Program-made: the position numbers and the translations under genes
Shown: in pieces, positions 29,610-41,341 of the stretch
Numbering within the stretch: position 1 is the stretch's first letter
How the letters are laid out: each line of letters starts with the position of its first letter
Origin: an uncultured Phycisphaerales bacterium
GTDB lineage: Bacteria; Planctomycetota; Phycisphaerae; Tepidisphaerales; Tepidisphaeraceae
Assembly (NCBI GenBank): GCA_963844715.1
Contig: CAWJPJ010000005.1
Coordinates: 224,001 to 288,000 of the forward strand
Length of the DNA: 64,000 nucleotides
Reading direction: 5' to 3'
The notes under the pieces: model-generated
What the model saw: the letters and a program-made list of their open reading frames with translations, nothing else
What the model was told of the DNA's origin: nothing
Database searches by the model: none

Positions 29610-30296
29610 TTACGGCGCGTCTTCCAGGGGGCGCGTTTTGGCGCTGTCGAGAACGGACTGGAGAAATGCCTGATCCTGCCCGTATTCGTTGGGGGTCATG
29701 GCGGAAACGGAAAAGCTGCACGGCAAAAAGGTGTCCTCAAAAGGCACGAAAACCAGGCGGCTCCAGGAAATCAATTGTCCGTCGCCTGTCTCGACGATGG
29801 GGGTATCGGCGGTGCCGGCGTCGATGGCATTCGTATCGTCGGGCTGGGTGGAAGCCTGCGTGGTGGACACGGTATACATGATTTTGTCGATGACACGGAG
29901 GCCGTTGATTTGATGAAGATCGTGAACTTGGACGCGATCAGGCCGCTGCTGGGCATCGGCTTCGGCGCCATCAACCATCAACTCGATTCGCCGCGAACTC
30001 ATGCCGGGGAGCGTCGTGACGGTGATGGTGGTATCGCCGCTGGGGGTGGGGCCTTCGAGCATGGTGATGCCGTCAACGAGTTCGACCTTCCAACTTGGGG
30101 GAACCTTGACGCTAAGGGGCGCGGATTTAATGTCTAGTTCGGTGCGATCGCCGCTGACGAGGTCCTGAGTCGTGGGCCGGGTCGGAGGCGGGGGCTCGGA
30201 AGCCGTGGGGGTGGAATCCTCGGAACGGCCGCATCCCCCAATAGCGACAATTCCCAAGGCCAAAATGACCAGCCCTCGTCCCAACCCAATCCGCAT
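29610..30296 (-). CDS. Hypothetical lipoprotein
   Basis: Lipobox IGGC followed by Pro/Thr linker. Confidence 0.65.
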   Translation of the reverse strand: MRIGLGRGLVILALGIVAIGGCGRSEDSTPTASEPPPPTRPTTQDLVSGDRTELDIKSAPLSVKVPPSWKVELVDGITMLEGPTPSGDTTITVTTLPGMSSRRIELMVDGAEADAQQRPDRVQVHDLHQINGLRVIDKIMYTVSTTQASTQPDDTNAIDAGTADTPIVETGDGQLISWSRLVFVPFEDTFLPCSFSVSAMTPNEYGQDQAFLQSVLDSAKTRPLEDAP

Positions 30297-30327
30297 TTTG
30301 CAATTATGTGCCCGTTTTGGGTGGTTA

Positions 30328-31362
30328 TCAAGAAAGACTTTTTAGCAATCGCTGGTAGTTCTGAATCCGCCATCTGGGGGCGGTTTCTTCGTTAACGTCC
30401 GGATAAAAATCGAGCAGATTTTGGGGGGTTATTCCCCACAGACCGAACTGTTTGATGCCGGGGGTGTCGATGACGGCGCCGCCTATATCGAGTTCATAGC
30501 GCTGGGCGGAGGTGGTGGTATGGCGGCCCTTCTCGGTGGCGAGGCTGACCTGGCCGATTTTCACGCCCAGGCCGGGTTGGATGGAGTTGATGAGAGTACT
30601 TTTCCCGACGCCGCTATGGCCGGCCAGGACGGTTGCCTTGCCTTTGAGAATCTCGGCCAGGGCGTCGATTCCGGCGGCGCTGACGGCGCTGACCTGGAGC
30701 GTCGCGGTGCCGAGAGATCGGTAATGGTCTAGGATTTCGCTGACGGCGGCTTGCTCGGATTCGTCGATGAGATCGATTTTCGACATGCAGAGAATGGGGC
30801 GGAGGCCGCCGCCCTGGGCGGCGATCAGCATTCGGTCGACCAGGCCCCATTTGACGCGCGGCTGAACGACGCTGGCGACGATGAGCATCTGCTCGGCGTT
30901 GGCGACGATGGGCTGCTGGTTGTGGCCGTGAAAACTGCCGGTGCGAACCAGGACGGTTTTCCTGGGCAGCGCCTGCTCGATGACCGCTTTGGCGCGGCCG
31001 GATTCGTCAAAACCGCCGGTATCGCGAAATCGGACCAGATCGCCGACGACGATGGCGGAATCGGCGAGCTTGGAAAGGGTTTTGCGGACGACGCAGAGGC
31101 GTGGGCCTGTGGGATGCTGGACGTGATAGAAAAGAGAGAACACCTGAACGACCTGGCCGACGGGAAGGCCTTCGAGATTTTGAGAGGTCTGGCCCTGGGA
31201 ATCGCGGAGGGAAGCGGTCTGTTCAATTTTATTTTGGGTCGATGATTTAGAGCGTTTGTCCTCGCGTTGCTGATCGTGCAGTTCCTCGGAGTCGAAATTC
31301 CCGGCCAGATACCGGGCCGTGAGGTCCTTTTCGCGGGTCTTGTTTCGGTGTGGTCGGCTCAT
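30328..31362 (-). CDS. rsgA: Ribosome small subunit-dependent GTPase A
   Basis: VGDLV, IVANAE, SKIDL, GHSGVGKSTLIN, GRHTTT, DTPG. Confidence 0.92.
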   Translation of the reverse strand: MSRPHRNKTREKDLTARYLAGNFDSEELHDQQREDKRSKSSTQNKIEQTASLRDSQGQTSQNLEGLPVGQVVQVFSLFYHVQHPTGPRLCVVRKTLSKLADSAIVVGDLVRFRDTGGFDESGRAKAVIEQALPRKTVLVRTGSFHGHNQQPIVANAEQMLIVASVVQPRVKWGLVDRMLIAAQGGGLRPILCMSKIDLIDESEQAAVSEILDHYRSLGTATLQVSAVSAAGIDALAEILKGKATVLAGHSGVGKSTLINSIQPGLGVKIGQVSLATEKGRHTTTSAQRYELDIGGAVIDTPGIKQFGLWGITPQNLLDFYPDVNEETAPRWRIQNYQRLLKSLS

Positions 31363-31483
31363 CGTTTGCCGGGTCGCGGCACAAAAATGGTCGCCTGCGG
31401 GGGCCAAAAACACAAGGCAAAGCGTGGCATTTGATTGTTGGTTAAGATCATCTTAGAGTTATATTTTTAGCGGAGACGCACCC

Positions 31484-32929
31484 TTGGCTGTATCGCTACC
31501 GCTTGCAGAAGAGTACGAGAAGAAGGAAAAGTGCGGTCTCTTCGGCGTCTGGGGGACGAGCGAGGCCGCGCATATCGTCTATCAGGGGCTATTCGCTCAG
31601 CAACACCGCGGACAGGAATCGGCCGGCATCGTGGTGAGCGATGGGATCGGTCTGCACGGCCACACCGGGATGGGGCTGGTCAGCCAGGTTTTCACGCCGC
31701 GGATGCTCGCGCGAGGAACTGGTCGGCAATGCCGCCATCGGTCATGTGCGCTATTCGACGACGGGGTCAAGCAAACTGTGCAACGCCCAGCCGCTGCTCC
31801 GGCAATATTTGATGGGCCCCGTGGCGGTGGCTCATAACGGGAATCTCATCAACGCCGGCCTTCTCCGCCAGCAATACGAAGAACACGGGCACATTTTCCA
31901 AAGCACGACGGATACCGAAATCATTGTGCACCTGCTGGCCAAACCGACGCACGCGCAAAAGCACGATCCGCTTCCGCACGTGCTGAAGCATCTTCAGGGG
32001 GCGTACAGCCTGCTATTTTTATTTCCTGATCGAATGGAAGCGTGCCGGGACCCTTGGGGGGTCAGGCCGCTGGTTATCGGGAAGTCTGCGCGATGAACTA
32101 TGGTGCATCGCCAGCGAGACCTGCGCGTTTGACGCGGTGGGCGCGACGTATGTGCGGGAAGTGGAGCCGGGGGAAATCGTGCGCGTCGATGCCCACGGCC
32201 TGCATAGCCGCACATTTGAGCCTCCGGCGCAATCGATGGCGATGTGCGTGTTTGAGCACGTCTATTTTTCCAATCCCGCGAGCAAGATATTCGGGCAGAC
32301 CGTGCACGTGGTTCGACAGGCGTTGGGCAAACAATTGGCCATCGAATGCGCCGGTCGCGGCGGATTACGTGATGCCGATGCCGGATAGCGGGCGCTCAGC
32401 GGCGATGGGGTTTGCGAAGCAATCGGGCATTCCGCTCGAAGAGGGGATCGTTCCGAATCGGTTCGTTGGGCGGACGTTTATTCTGCCGAAGCAAGTGGAT
32501 CGGGATCGGGCCGTGGCGCTGAAGTTGAACATTATCCCGGACGTGGTGAATGAAAAGCGGATCGTCATCGTCGAGGATTCGGTGGTGCGCGGGACCACTA
32601 CGCGATCCAAAATGTGCGCCATCCGGTCGGCGGGGGCGAGGGAAATTCATTTGCGCGTTTCCTGCCCGCCGATCCGCCACCCCTGTTTTTATGGGATCGA
32701 CTTCCCGACCAAAGAGGAACTGATCGCGCATGAGCGAACCGTGCATCAGATCAGGGATTTCCTCGAAGTGGATAGTCTTGCGTATCTTTCGCTGGACGGC
32801 ATGCTGTCGTGCATGAAGTTCCCGCGCGATCATTATTGCACGGCGTGCTGGAGCGGCGAATACAAAATCCCCATCGATCAGCCTCACAGCAAGTTCAGCT
32901 TCGAACGCGATCAACTCAGAATGTTCTGA
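31484..32929 (+). CDS. purF: Amidophosphoribosyltransferase, frameshifted
   Basis: Propeptide then CGLFG, QHRGQESAG, GHVRYST, HNGNL, CVFEHVYF, EDSVVRGTT. Confidence 0.95.
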
Positions 32930-33093
32930 AGTTGCCCAGCCTGATCCAGTGAAATGGACGTGCTGGCGGCCATTATCGGGCCTACTGACTGGGTAGGATT
33001 CCTCGGCCGGCTCCTCATTTCCGCTACATCCTCTCCCGATATCAAAATATAGCGGTTCGGGCGCTTCCGAGCCGCGGTCGATATCTTTTTGGA

Positions 33094-35159
33094 TTGATCG
33101 AGGCTGGATTGCCGACGCCGATTCCACAACATTCCGGCATTCTTCGCGAACAGGAGAGTGTTGACTCGTCCGCCCGCGCGGCATACGCGGATCTGGCGCG
33201 TCTGGCGGCGGAAATTTGCGGGATGTCGGCGTCGATCATCTGCCTTGTGGACGGGGAATGCCAGTGCGTTGAGTCCGCCCACGGGATGGACGCGATTCGC
33301 ACGGCGGACGTGGCTCCCTTCAATCAAGTGACGGCGCTGGGCCACGGGCCCCTGGTCGTGAACGACGCCCTGAACGATGAAAGATTTTCGGGCAAGGTGG
33401 GAGATATTCGGTTCTATGCGGGCGTGCCGCTCCAGGACAGCGACGGGGCGATTCTGGGGGCGTTGTGCGTGGTCGACTATCACCCGCGTTCGCTGGCGCT
33501 GCCGCAGATCGAATGGCTGCGGCTGCTCAGCCGGCAGGCGGTAAAACTGATCGAATGCGGCCGCGCGGCGGTCGCGCTCGAAGAGGCGCGCCGCGCCGCG
33601 GAGGCGGCCAATCAAGCCAAGAGCACCTTCCTGGCGAACATGAGCCATGAAATTCGCACACCGATGACCGCAATCGTCGGGTATGCGGACCTGATGCTCG
33701 ATCCGGATCAGGATGCGAAAGATCGCGGGCAGTGCCTGCAAGTCATCCGCCGCAACGGACAGCATCTTCTGGAACTGATCGGGGACATTCTCGATCTGGC
33801 GAAACTCGAAGCCGGCAGAATCGCGGCGCGAAAGAGCGAATGCGATCTCGCGGCCTTGATGGCGGATGTCGCTTCGCTGATGACGGCGCGGGCCCGCACC
33901 AAGGACCTGACGCTGAAATTCGAGGTCAGCCCCCCGACGCCCAGGCATATCCGAACCGATACGTTGCGCTTGAAGCAAATTCTTCTGAATCTGGTCGGGA
34001 ACGCGATCAAGTTCACCGACAAGGGCGAAGTCGTCATCCGGATCAACCACGATTTGACGGAACACGGGCGCGGAACGCTGCGAGTGGAAGTGATCGACAC
34101 GGGAATCGGGATGTCGCAGGAGCAGCTTGCCGTGCTGTTCCAGCCGTTCACGCAGGGGGATACGACCCCGGCGCGGCGTCATGGCGGGAGCGGGCTGGGC
34201 CTGACCATTGCGCGCCGGCTGGCGCGAATTCTCATCGGGGACATTACCGTCCGCTCCAAGGAAGGGGTCGGGAGCATCTTCACGCTGATGATCGACAGCG
34301 GAAGCAATAACGAACATCGCGGGGAATTCATCGTCGAGATGATCCAGTCCTTCCGGGCCGAGGAGGCCCTGGAAGCGGAGAAATTGCCGCGGCTGGCGGT
34401 GCGCGTGCTTCTGGCCGAGGACGGCCGGGACAATCAGCGATTGATCCGGACATTGCTCACTCGCGCCGGCGCGGACGTGCAGATCACCGACAACGGGCGC
34501 GACGCGGTCGATCTGGCGTTGCATGGGGATTTCGATCTCGTGGTCATGGACATGCAGATGCCGCGGCTGGATGGATATGGCGCGGCGAATGAATTGCGGC
34601 GGCGCGGTTTCGTGCGGCCGATCATCGCCCTGACCGCGCACGCAATGGCGGACGACCGGGACCGGTGCCTGCGAGCGGGATGCGACGATTATCTCAGCAA
34701 GCCGGTGAACAAGGACGATCTGCTGCTGACGCTGGCGGCGCACATTGCGGGGGAGAAGCCGCAGCGTCGGGTTTTGCGCGAGGCCGCTCGGGCCGCCGCG
34801 GTTGCGGCCACGGTTGCCGCCACGCCGGCCGAAGGACAGCGTCTGTCCAGCACATATGCGGACGATCCCGACATGATCGACGCGATTGCGCAGTTCATCG
34901 AGGAACTGCCGCACCAGGTCGACGAAATACAACAGCTTTTGATAGAAGCCAATCTTCCCCAATTGCAAGTGAAGGTCCACCAGCTCAAGGGAGCGGGGGG
35001 GGATATGGCTTTGAGGAGATCACCCGCCTGGCTGGGGCGGCTGAACAGTCCATCAAAGACAGTCGTGGGGCAACAGAGGTGCGCACGAATGTGGAATCGC
35101 TTCTGGCGACGATTCGGCGCATCGAAGGTTTTAAGGAGTCCCCCCTGCCCGGGGTGTAA
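33094..35159 (+). CDS. Hybrid sensor histidine kinase GAF-HisKA-HATPase-REC-Hpt, frameshift in Hpt
   Basis: [54 protein letters not shown]. Confidence 0.92.
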
Positions 35160-35180
35160 TGGGCAGATCGGAATAATGCC

Positions 35181-36098
35181 ATGGCGCAAAAAGTGCTGCT
35201 GATAGACGACTCGCCGCAAATCCACACGCTGGTGCGAGCGCGTCTGGCTGGGGAACCGATCACCGTCCACTCGGCGCAAAGCAGCTCCGAGGGGCTTGCG
35301 ATGGTCAAGGAACTGATGCCGGACCTGATTCTTCTGGACGTGGACATGCCCGATCCGGACGGATTCGAGGTTTGCCGGCGTCTCAAGGCGGACTCGGCGA
35401 CGCACGGAATTCCCGTGGTCTTCCTGACCGGGGCCAGTTCTCCGGACGAGCGGATTTTCGGCCTCGAATTGGGGGCGGTGGACTATGTGACCAAGCCCTT
35501 CAATCCCGCGGAACTGCGGGCTCGCGTGCGGGCCTCGCTGAGAACCAAATATCTCATGGACCTACTGGCCAAGCGCGCCCAGATCGATGGATTAACCGGG
35601 CTGTGGAACCGGACGCATTTCGAAGAGCGGCTGAAGCAGGAGCAATCCCTGAGCAGTCGGACGGGGCATTCGCTGAGCTGCATCATGGCCGACGTGGATC
35701 ATTTCAAGTCCATCAACGACACCTACGGGCATCCGTTCGGCGACGAAGCGCTGCGTGGGATCGCCGGTGTGCTGAGCGACGTGGGCCGCACGGAGGACAT
35801 CATTTGCCGGCTCGGCGGCGAGGAATTCGTGATTCTGTGTCCGAACACTCCGATTACGGGAGCGGCCCGGATGGCCGAGCGCTGCCGGGAAGCGATTCTG
35901 AACATGAGCCTGATGCACCAGGGGAAACCGGTGCGGGTGACCTGCAGTTTCGGGGTCGCCGAGCAGGGCTGCGAGCCTTCGATGATCGACGCCGCCGACA
36001 AAGCGCTCTACGAAGCCAAGCGAGAGGGCCGGGATCGCGTGGTGACCAAGTGCCCGTGCGAATCCAGCAAACCGGCGACGTCGGGTCCGCCCGCCTAA
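35181..36098 (+). CDS. REC-GGDEF response regulator diguanylate cyclase
   Basis: [46 protein letters not shown]. Confidence 0.93.
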   Translation: MAQKVLLIDDSPQIHTLVRARLAGEPITVHSAQSSSEGLAMVKELMPDLILLDVDMPDPDGFEVCRRLKADSATHGIPVVFLTGASSPDERIFGLELGAVDYVTKPFNPAELRARVRASLRTKYLMDLLAKRAQIDGLTGLWNRTHFEERLKQEQSLSSRTGHSLSCIMADVDHFKSINDTYGHPFGDEALRGIAGVLSDVGRTEDIICRLGGEEFVILCPNTPITGAARMAERCREAILNMSLMHQGKPVRVTCSFGVAEQGCEPSMIDAADKALYEAKREGRDRVVTKCPCESSKPATSGPPA

Positions 36099-36103
36099 AT
36101 AGC

Positions 36104-36169
36104 AGACCGCGATTCAGCGACCCCGAATTTAGCGGCCCCGCTTGCGGGGCGTATCCTTCGATGTGCCGG
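36104..36169. repeat. REP-like dispersed repeat, copy 1
   Basis: AGACCGCGATTCAGCGAC...AGCGGCCCCGCTTGCGGGGCGT..CTTCGATGT.CCGG; second copy at 50283. Confidence 0.8.
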
Positions 36170-36185
36170 AATCATGGTCCCCCAT

Positions 36186-37545
36186 TTAGTGGAACGCGTC
36201 GATAGGCACGTTTGCCTTTTCGAACATCGCTCTTAACCTGCATTCCCAGGAGTGATCTTTGATCACTCGAGCGCAGCCGCTTGCGCCATACGTTCCCGGC
36301 GATTGGGGTCATCAAGCAGGCTTTGGACGATTTCGCGCGCTTCGCGCGGGTTGTGAAAGACCTCGATTTCCTTGCCTACCTCGAATGCCTCGGGCAGTCC
36401 GACGCAGTCGTTGTGAATCATGGCGGAGCCGCATGAGGCGAGTTCAAACGTTTTGGCCGTCAATCCCTCCTCATCCCAACCGGCAACGGCATCGAACCCG
36501 ACTCTCCCCCTGGCGACAAATTCGGGTATGCGTGCAAAATCGACCCACTGGCCGTTGGCCGCTTGGTCGGCGGGGTCGCCGACATGGGACCATTTCCCGC
36601 CAAAGACGGCGACGCGGAAATATTTGCTGAGATAAGCGAGATAGAAATGCCGCTGCCATTTGCGAAAGGCGTAAAGGATGTCGGCGGCCTTGAAGTAGGT
36701 CGGAAACATGGCCGCGAGCCACCAGGATGCCATGGGAAATTCGTCCGTGAGCGCGGGCAAATGGCGAGCCAGAGCTTGGTCGGGTTTAGCAAGTTTCAAT
36801 TCGATGGCCCGGCGCGACCAGGCGGTTAGCTCGGGGCGAAGCGAGGGATTGGCCTCTTTTTCCCACAACTCGCTCAACTGGGACTCGACCTGTTTGGCCA
36901 CGATGCGGTTGATTTCCTGCGGATCGGGGTCGTCCTGCTCGAGAAAAGGCAGGATCCAATCGGGAAGCGTGACGTCGTTGCCGTATATCGCGATGAGATC
37001 GTAATCCGGCTTCATTGCCGGTGCGGGGCGAGGATTTTGGGGTCAGCGGCGCATCCTACGGCGTGGCAATTGGGCCAGCCGAGAATCCTGCCGATTTCCC
37101 AGGCGTGGGCCTCGTTCTTCAGGAAGTGATATTGATTGGCAGACCTAAAAGCGGCTTGAACTTCGGGGCGAAGGGCATCCTTATTGTTGACCCATTGGGG
37201 ATGATCGGCCCAGAAGACGAATTGGCGGACTCCGCGAACCTCGAAGAAATTGCGATAAGCGCCGGGCCATTCCTGGTCGACGGGCAAGATCGTGGCGCCG
37301 TTGGTGGCATAGTTCAAAACCAGACCGATTTTCCGCTGGATCAAGACGCTGTTCATCTGCTGGACGGCCGCGGCGGGATCGACCTTCACCGATTCGAGGA
37401 GTTGGTCGAGTTCCAGGAAGACATGGCGCAACCCCATTGCGACGGCGGCGTTTCCCAATCCCGCCAGCCACCACCGGCTCATCCGCCCGCCATTTAAAAT
37501 GGTGAGCATGGTCCGGCCGGGCGCAATGGTCTGAAGTTCAGGCAC
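36186..37545 (-). CDS. CgeB/DUF3880-like glycosyltransferase, frameshifted
   Basis: FWADHPQW, AADP, KTFELASCG, EIEVF, reconstructed DHSWECRL C-terminus. Confidence 0.7.
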
Positions 37546-38713
37546 GTAAACGGCTCTGAACGTTGTCCAAAACGTTCATGAAATTGATGTAGCTGTCGTA
37601 CGGGCTTTCGTAGGGGCTGAAATATTTGTGGACATCGCCGTCGGCCCAATACTTCGTGCACATGTAATAGAAGTGATCGCTGGTCGTCAGCCGGCGCCAA
37701 TCGGTCAGGAGCTGCTCGTCCCCTTTTTCCTTGAGCGGACCTTCGAGTTTGTAGAGTTCATGGAGGGCGTTGGACTGCATAGCGTTGCCCAGCCAGGCGG
37801 AAAGATCGCGTTCCATGTCGGCCCAGGAAATCATGTGCGGGACGTCGATCTCGCCGACGGCATCATACTTGTCGATGACCTGGCTGGGGGTGAGAAAATT
37901 ATTGTCGGGATGTTCCATGATCTTGCCGGGCAAGTGGCGGATGAAATCAAATATGCCGGTGTCCGCCCATTGATGCTCGCCGAAGGTTTCGTAATCCATG
38001 AAAAGATTGCACAGAAAGCCGTTGCCGTTGATCTGGTTGACCCAGCCGGCGAATTTTTCAGCAGTAAGGGGCCACTGCTCCCAGGCGCGGTTCGAAAAGC
38101 GGAATGCGATGTCGTCGCTTAGTCGGTAGTTCTTCAGCAGCAGCTTTGTCTTGGGGGCGTGGGGCGGTCGGTAGACGAAATTGGGGGAGCGATAGCCGAG
38201 AATAAAATCGGCGCCCTCGGTGAGGATCGCCTCATAGCCCATGTGGCTGATGAAATGGGCCAGATCGTTGTTGTAAATCAATTCGGTATTGCGGAAGACC
38301 CGGGGTTCCTGGCCGAAGAGGTGCTTGATGTATTTGCGATGCTGCTCGATCTGGGCTCGAAATTCCTCGCGGGAATAGAGGAACGCCAGGGAGTGGTAAT
38401 AGGTTTCGTCAAGAAATTCAACGCACCCGGTCTGGTTGAGCTGATGGAACGAATCCATCACCTCGGGACAGTAAAGGGAGAACTGCTCGAGGGCGGCTCC
38501 CGTGACGGAATAGGCAATGCGAAAGCGGCCTTCGTGGACGCGGATGGTCTCCAGCAGCGTGTTGTTGGCGGGGAGATAGCACTTGTGAGCGACCTTGCGG
38601 CAGATCTCGGCGTTTTTGTGTTCATCAAAATAGTGCCGATCGGTGTCGAAAACGCTGTAGCGCCGAAGCCTGAACGGCTGGTGGATCTGAAAATAGAAGC
38701 AGACCGATGCCAT
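37538..38713 (-). CDS. Glycoside hydrolase family 57 (alpha-amylase-like)
   Basis: FQIHQPFRL, ETYYHSL, FRNTELIY, MDYETFGEH, SWAD, SDHFYYM. Confidence 0.92.
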   Translation of the reverse strand: MASVCFYFQIHQPFRLRRYSVFDTDRHYFDEHKNAEICRKVAHKCYLPANNTLLETIRVHEGRFRIAYSVTGAALEQFSLYCPEVMDSFHQLNQTGCVEFLDETYYHSLAFLYSREEFRAQIEQHRKYIKHLFGQEPRVFRNTELIYNNDLAHFISHMGYEAILTEGADFILGYRSPNFVYRPPHAPKTKLLLKNYRLSDDIAFRFSNRAWEQWPLTAEKFAGWVNQINGNGFLCNLFMDYETFGEHQWADTGIFDFIRHLPGKIMEHPDNNFLTPSQVIDKYDAVGEIDVPHMISWADMERDLSAWLGNAMQSNALHELYKLEGPLKEKGDEQLLTDWRRLTTSDHFYYMCTKYWADGDVHKYFSPYESPYDSYINFMNVLDNVQSRLRA

Positions 38714-38936
38714 AGGTCGTTGGGTTGCCAGTATACGCGCAAGGGGATGGGAATCTATGGGGGGCCAAAACGCATTGATGGCCGATAATCTTGCGCCGCG
38801 CTCATGGATCGGCAAACGGATCGTGGCCTGGATTCGTCGGGAACCGCGCGCCTTCTCGAGCGCGTGGCAGTCCATATCGCGGTTTCTCGATTCGCGCCGC
38901 ACCAAGCCAGTGTTAGAACAACTACAGGAATACCCG

Positions 38937-39275
38937 ATGGACGCGACGCCGCCTGCAAATCCGAATCAAGAAACCGACGCTCGCGCCGCGGCGGGGGCCG
39001 GTTCTGATCGCGTGCCCGAACCTCTCTTGCGAAAACTGCACGAAGCGATAACCCGGTTTCATGACGCTCGCGTCAAACTTGAATCGAGCATGGACCTGCC
39101 CGAGTACGACCGTCAGGAGCGGGTGAATGAGAGCGAAGAGGTCCTCCGCCAGGCTGAGCAGGAACTCGAAAAAATCGACAAAGAAATTGAGCAAACTCTT
39201 AGCCCCGAGGTCGTAAGACAGCTTAAAGCAAGTGATGAAATGCCGCCCGTTTCGCCGAATCCAGTGGCCGAATAA
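38937..39275 (+). CDS. Hypothetical coiled-coil protein
   Basis: AGGA SD; helical hairpin composition. Confidence 0.55.
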   Translation: MDATPPANPNQETDARAAAGAGSDRVPEPLLRKLHEAITRFHDARVKLESSMDLPEYDRQERVNESEEVLRQAEQELEKIDKEIEQTLSPEVVRQLKASDEMPPVSPNPVAE

Positions 39276-39291
39276 TTCACGGGGGTTCTAT

Positions 39292-40152
39292 TTACCGGGC
39301 GGACGTCCGAGCGCGTGTGAAGTACCGGACAGAGAGATTGAGGACGAAGATGATCCCGATGAGGACGAGGATGCCCGCCCAGGCGAGGCGTTTTTGCTCG
39401 GGGTAGGGCCCCGTGGCGTAGGTAAAGACCTGCACGGTCAGCGAGGGGAATGGCCGGGCGGGATTCCACTCAACAAAACGACTGCTGAGGGCCGTGAAGA
39501 GGAGGGGTGCGGTTTCGCCCGCCACGCGGGCAACGGCGAGCATGACGCCGGTGACAATGCTGCCTGTGGCGGAGGGGATGATCACATGAAGAATAGTGCT
39601 CGCTTTAGTTGCGCCTAGCCCGATGGAGGCCTCGCGATAGCTATTGGGGACGAGACGGAGCATTTCTTCCGTGGTTCTGGCCACAATCGGGATCATGATG
39701 AACGCCAAAGCGCCCGCGCCGGCGTAGCCGTTGTACCCGCCGAGGGGAACGACCAGGAGTTCGTAGCCAAGAATTCCGACGACGATGCTGGGGACACCGG
39801 CGAGCACGTCGCTGATGAACCGCACAGGACCGTTGAGTACCGAATCATCGTCGTATTCGGAAAGGTAGATTCCGGCAAGCATTCCGATGGGGATGCCGAC
39901 TATGCTGGCCATGAAGATGAGGAAGGTGGTCCCAAATATCCCGTTTTTCATTCCACCGGGTGCGCCCGCCATGCCGATCGGAATGGGCTCCTTGGTGAAG
40001 AAGGCGACATTCAGGGAGCTGAAGCCCAGGGAGAGGAGATAGCCAGTGATGAGCACTAAAAGGGCGACGATGAGACTGGCGAAGGCAATGCAAACCAGCA
40101 GCATGATGTCGCTGCGGATATAGGAGAAGCGATTATGGAGGGTTCTGGCCAT
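39292..40152 (-). CDS. pstA: Phosphate ABC transporter permease PstA
   Basis: GIYLSEY, LAGVPSIVVG, REASIGLGA, ARVAGETAPL. Confidence 0.94.
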   Translation of the reverse strand: MARTLHNRFSYIRSDIMLLVCIAFASLIVALLVLITGYLLSLGFSSLNVAFFTKEPIPIGMAGAPGGMKNGIFGTTFLIFMASIVGIPIGMLAGIYLSEYDDDSVLNGPVRFISDVLAGVPSIVVGILGYELLVVPLGGYNGYAGAGALAFIMIPIVARTTEEMLRLVPNSYREASIGLGATKASTILHVIIPSATGSIVTGVMLAVARVAGETAPLLFTALSSRFVEWNPARPFPSLTVQVFTYATGPYPEQKRLAWAGILVLIGIIFVLNLSVRYFTRARTSAR

Positions 40153-40156
40153 GAGC

Positions 40157-41273
40157 TTATGCGGCGCGGGCGCCGCGTGAGTCTTTTCCGCCTACGACAA
40201 GCCATCTGGCGACGACATTGAAAAGCAGGGACATCAGCAGCAGGATCAGGGCGACTTCGCAAAGGGCCGAGCGGTGCAGATCGGTGCTGGCTTCGGAGAA
40301 TTCATTGGCGAGCAGGCTGGACATCGTTTGGGCGGGGGCGAAAAGCGAGGCGCGGATCTGGTTGTTATTTCCGATGACCATGGTGATGGCCATGGTTTCC
40401 CCGGCAGCCCGGGCGAGGCCCAGCATGACAGCGCCGAAGAGCCCCGAGCGGCTGAATTTAAGCATTTCCTTGCAGCTTTCCCACCAAGTGGCGCCCAGGG
40501 CAACCGTGCCTTCGATTTCGGCGCGGGGGACCTGGCGCAAGACGTCGCGGCTAATGGCGGTGATGATGGGGAGGATCATGATCGCCAGCACAAGGCTGCC
40601 GGTGAGCATGTCGCGCCGAGTCAGGGGAATCGGGTGCGAAAAAACGTGGTTTCCAATTTTCAGCGGCTCGGTGAAGAGCCACCCCATCGCAGGGACGTGG
40701 AGCAAAAGTCTCTTGACCATCGGATCGAAATGATCGGCCATAAAGGGCGCGAGGACGAAGAGCCCCCACAGGCCGTAGGCGATGCTGGGAATAGCCGCGA
40801 GGAATTCGATGAGGAATGAGACGATGGGGACCAGAAACGTCGGGGCGACGCGGACGAGGAAAATGGCCGAGCCCAGACTAAGTGGGATGGCAAAGAGCAG
40901 AGCGAGAGTGGAACTGACCGCTGTGCCATAGATGACCGGGAGATGCGCCGAACGTCGGCGGGAGGGTCTCCATGATGACGTTGCCGTCGGAATCCATCAT
41001 CACGTGGCCCTGGGCGTCGCGCTGGGGGCGATCCAGTTCATTGGGCCGCCATTCGCTCGTGGTGAAGAATTTGAAGCCGAATTCGTGCATGCTCTGGCGG
41101 GCGGCGTAAAAAAGCACCACCAGAAGCGACGCGAGCATGAGGAGAATGATGACGCCGCTGGCACGGGCGAGATTGGCCAGGACGAAATCCGCGTCGAGGA
41201 ATTTTCGGCGCGTGGAGATGAAGGAGCCCGGAGGGGCGGGCGAGGCGTAAGGAATGGTGTCGGGCGTGCTCAA
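40157..41273 (-). CDS. pstC: Phosphate ABC transporter permease PstC, frameshifted
   Basis: LAIMILPII, ALGATWWE, LARAAGETMA, LANEFSEA. Confidence 0.93.
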
Positions 41274-41341
41274 AATGGACCTTAAGAAAAACGCCCACGG
41301 CAGCCGCCGTGGGCATTGCGCCAGAACTGATCCGGGACCGC

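Noticed and set aside
31484..32929. purF and other split genes as pseudogenes or programmed frameshifts
   Set aside because: Shifts are scattered across many essential genes with no slippery-site pattern; sequencing error is more parsimonious
32911..34980. Long antisense ORF (689 aa) and similar shadow ORFs, e.g. 3366-4604, 17630-18916, 61757-63223
   Set aside because: They mirror well-supported genes on the opposite strand, as expected in high-GC DNA, and carry no motifs
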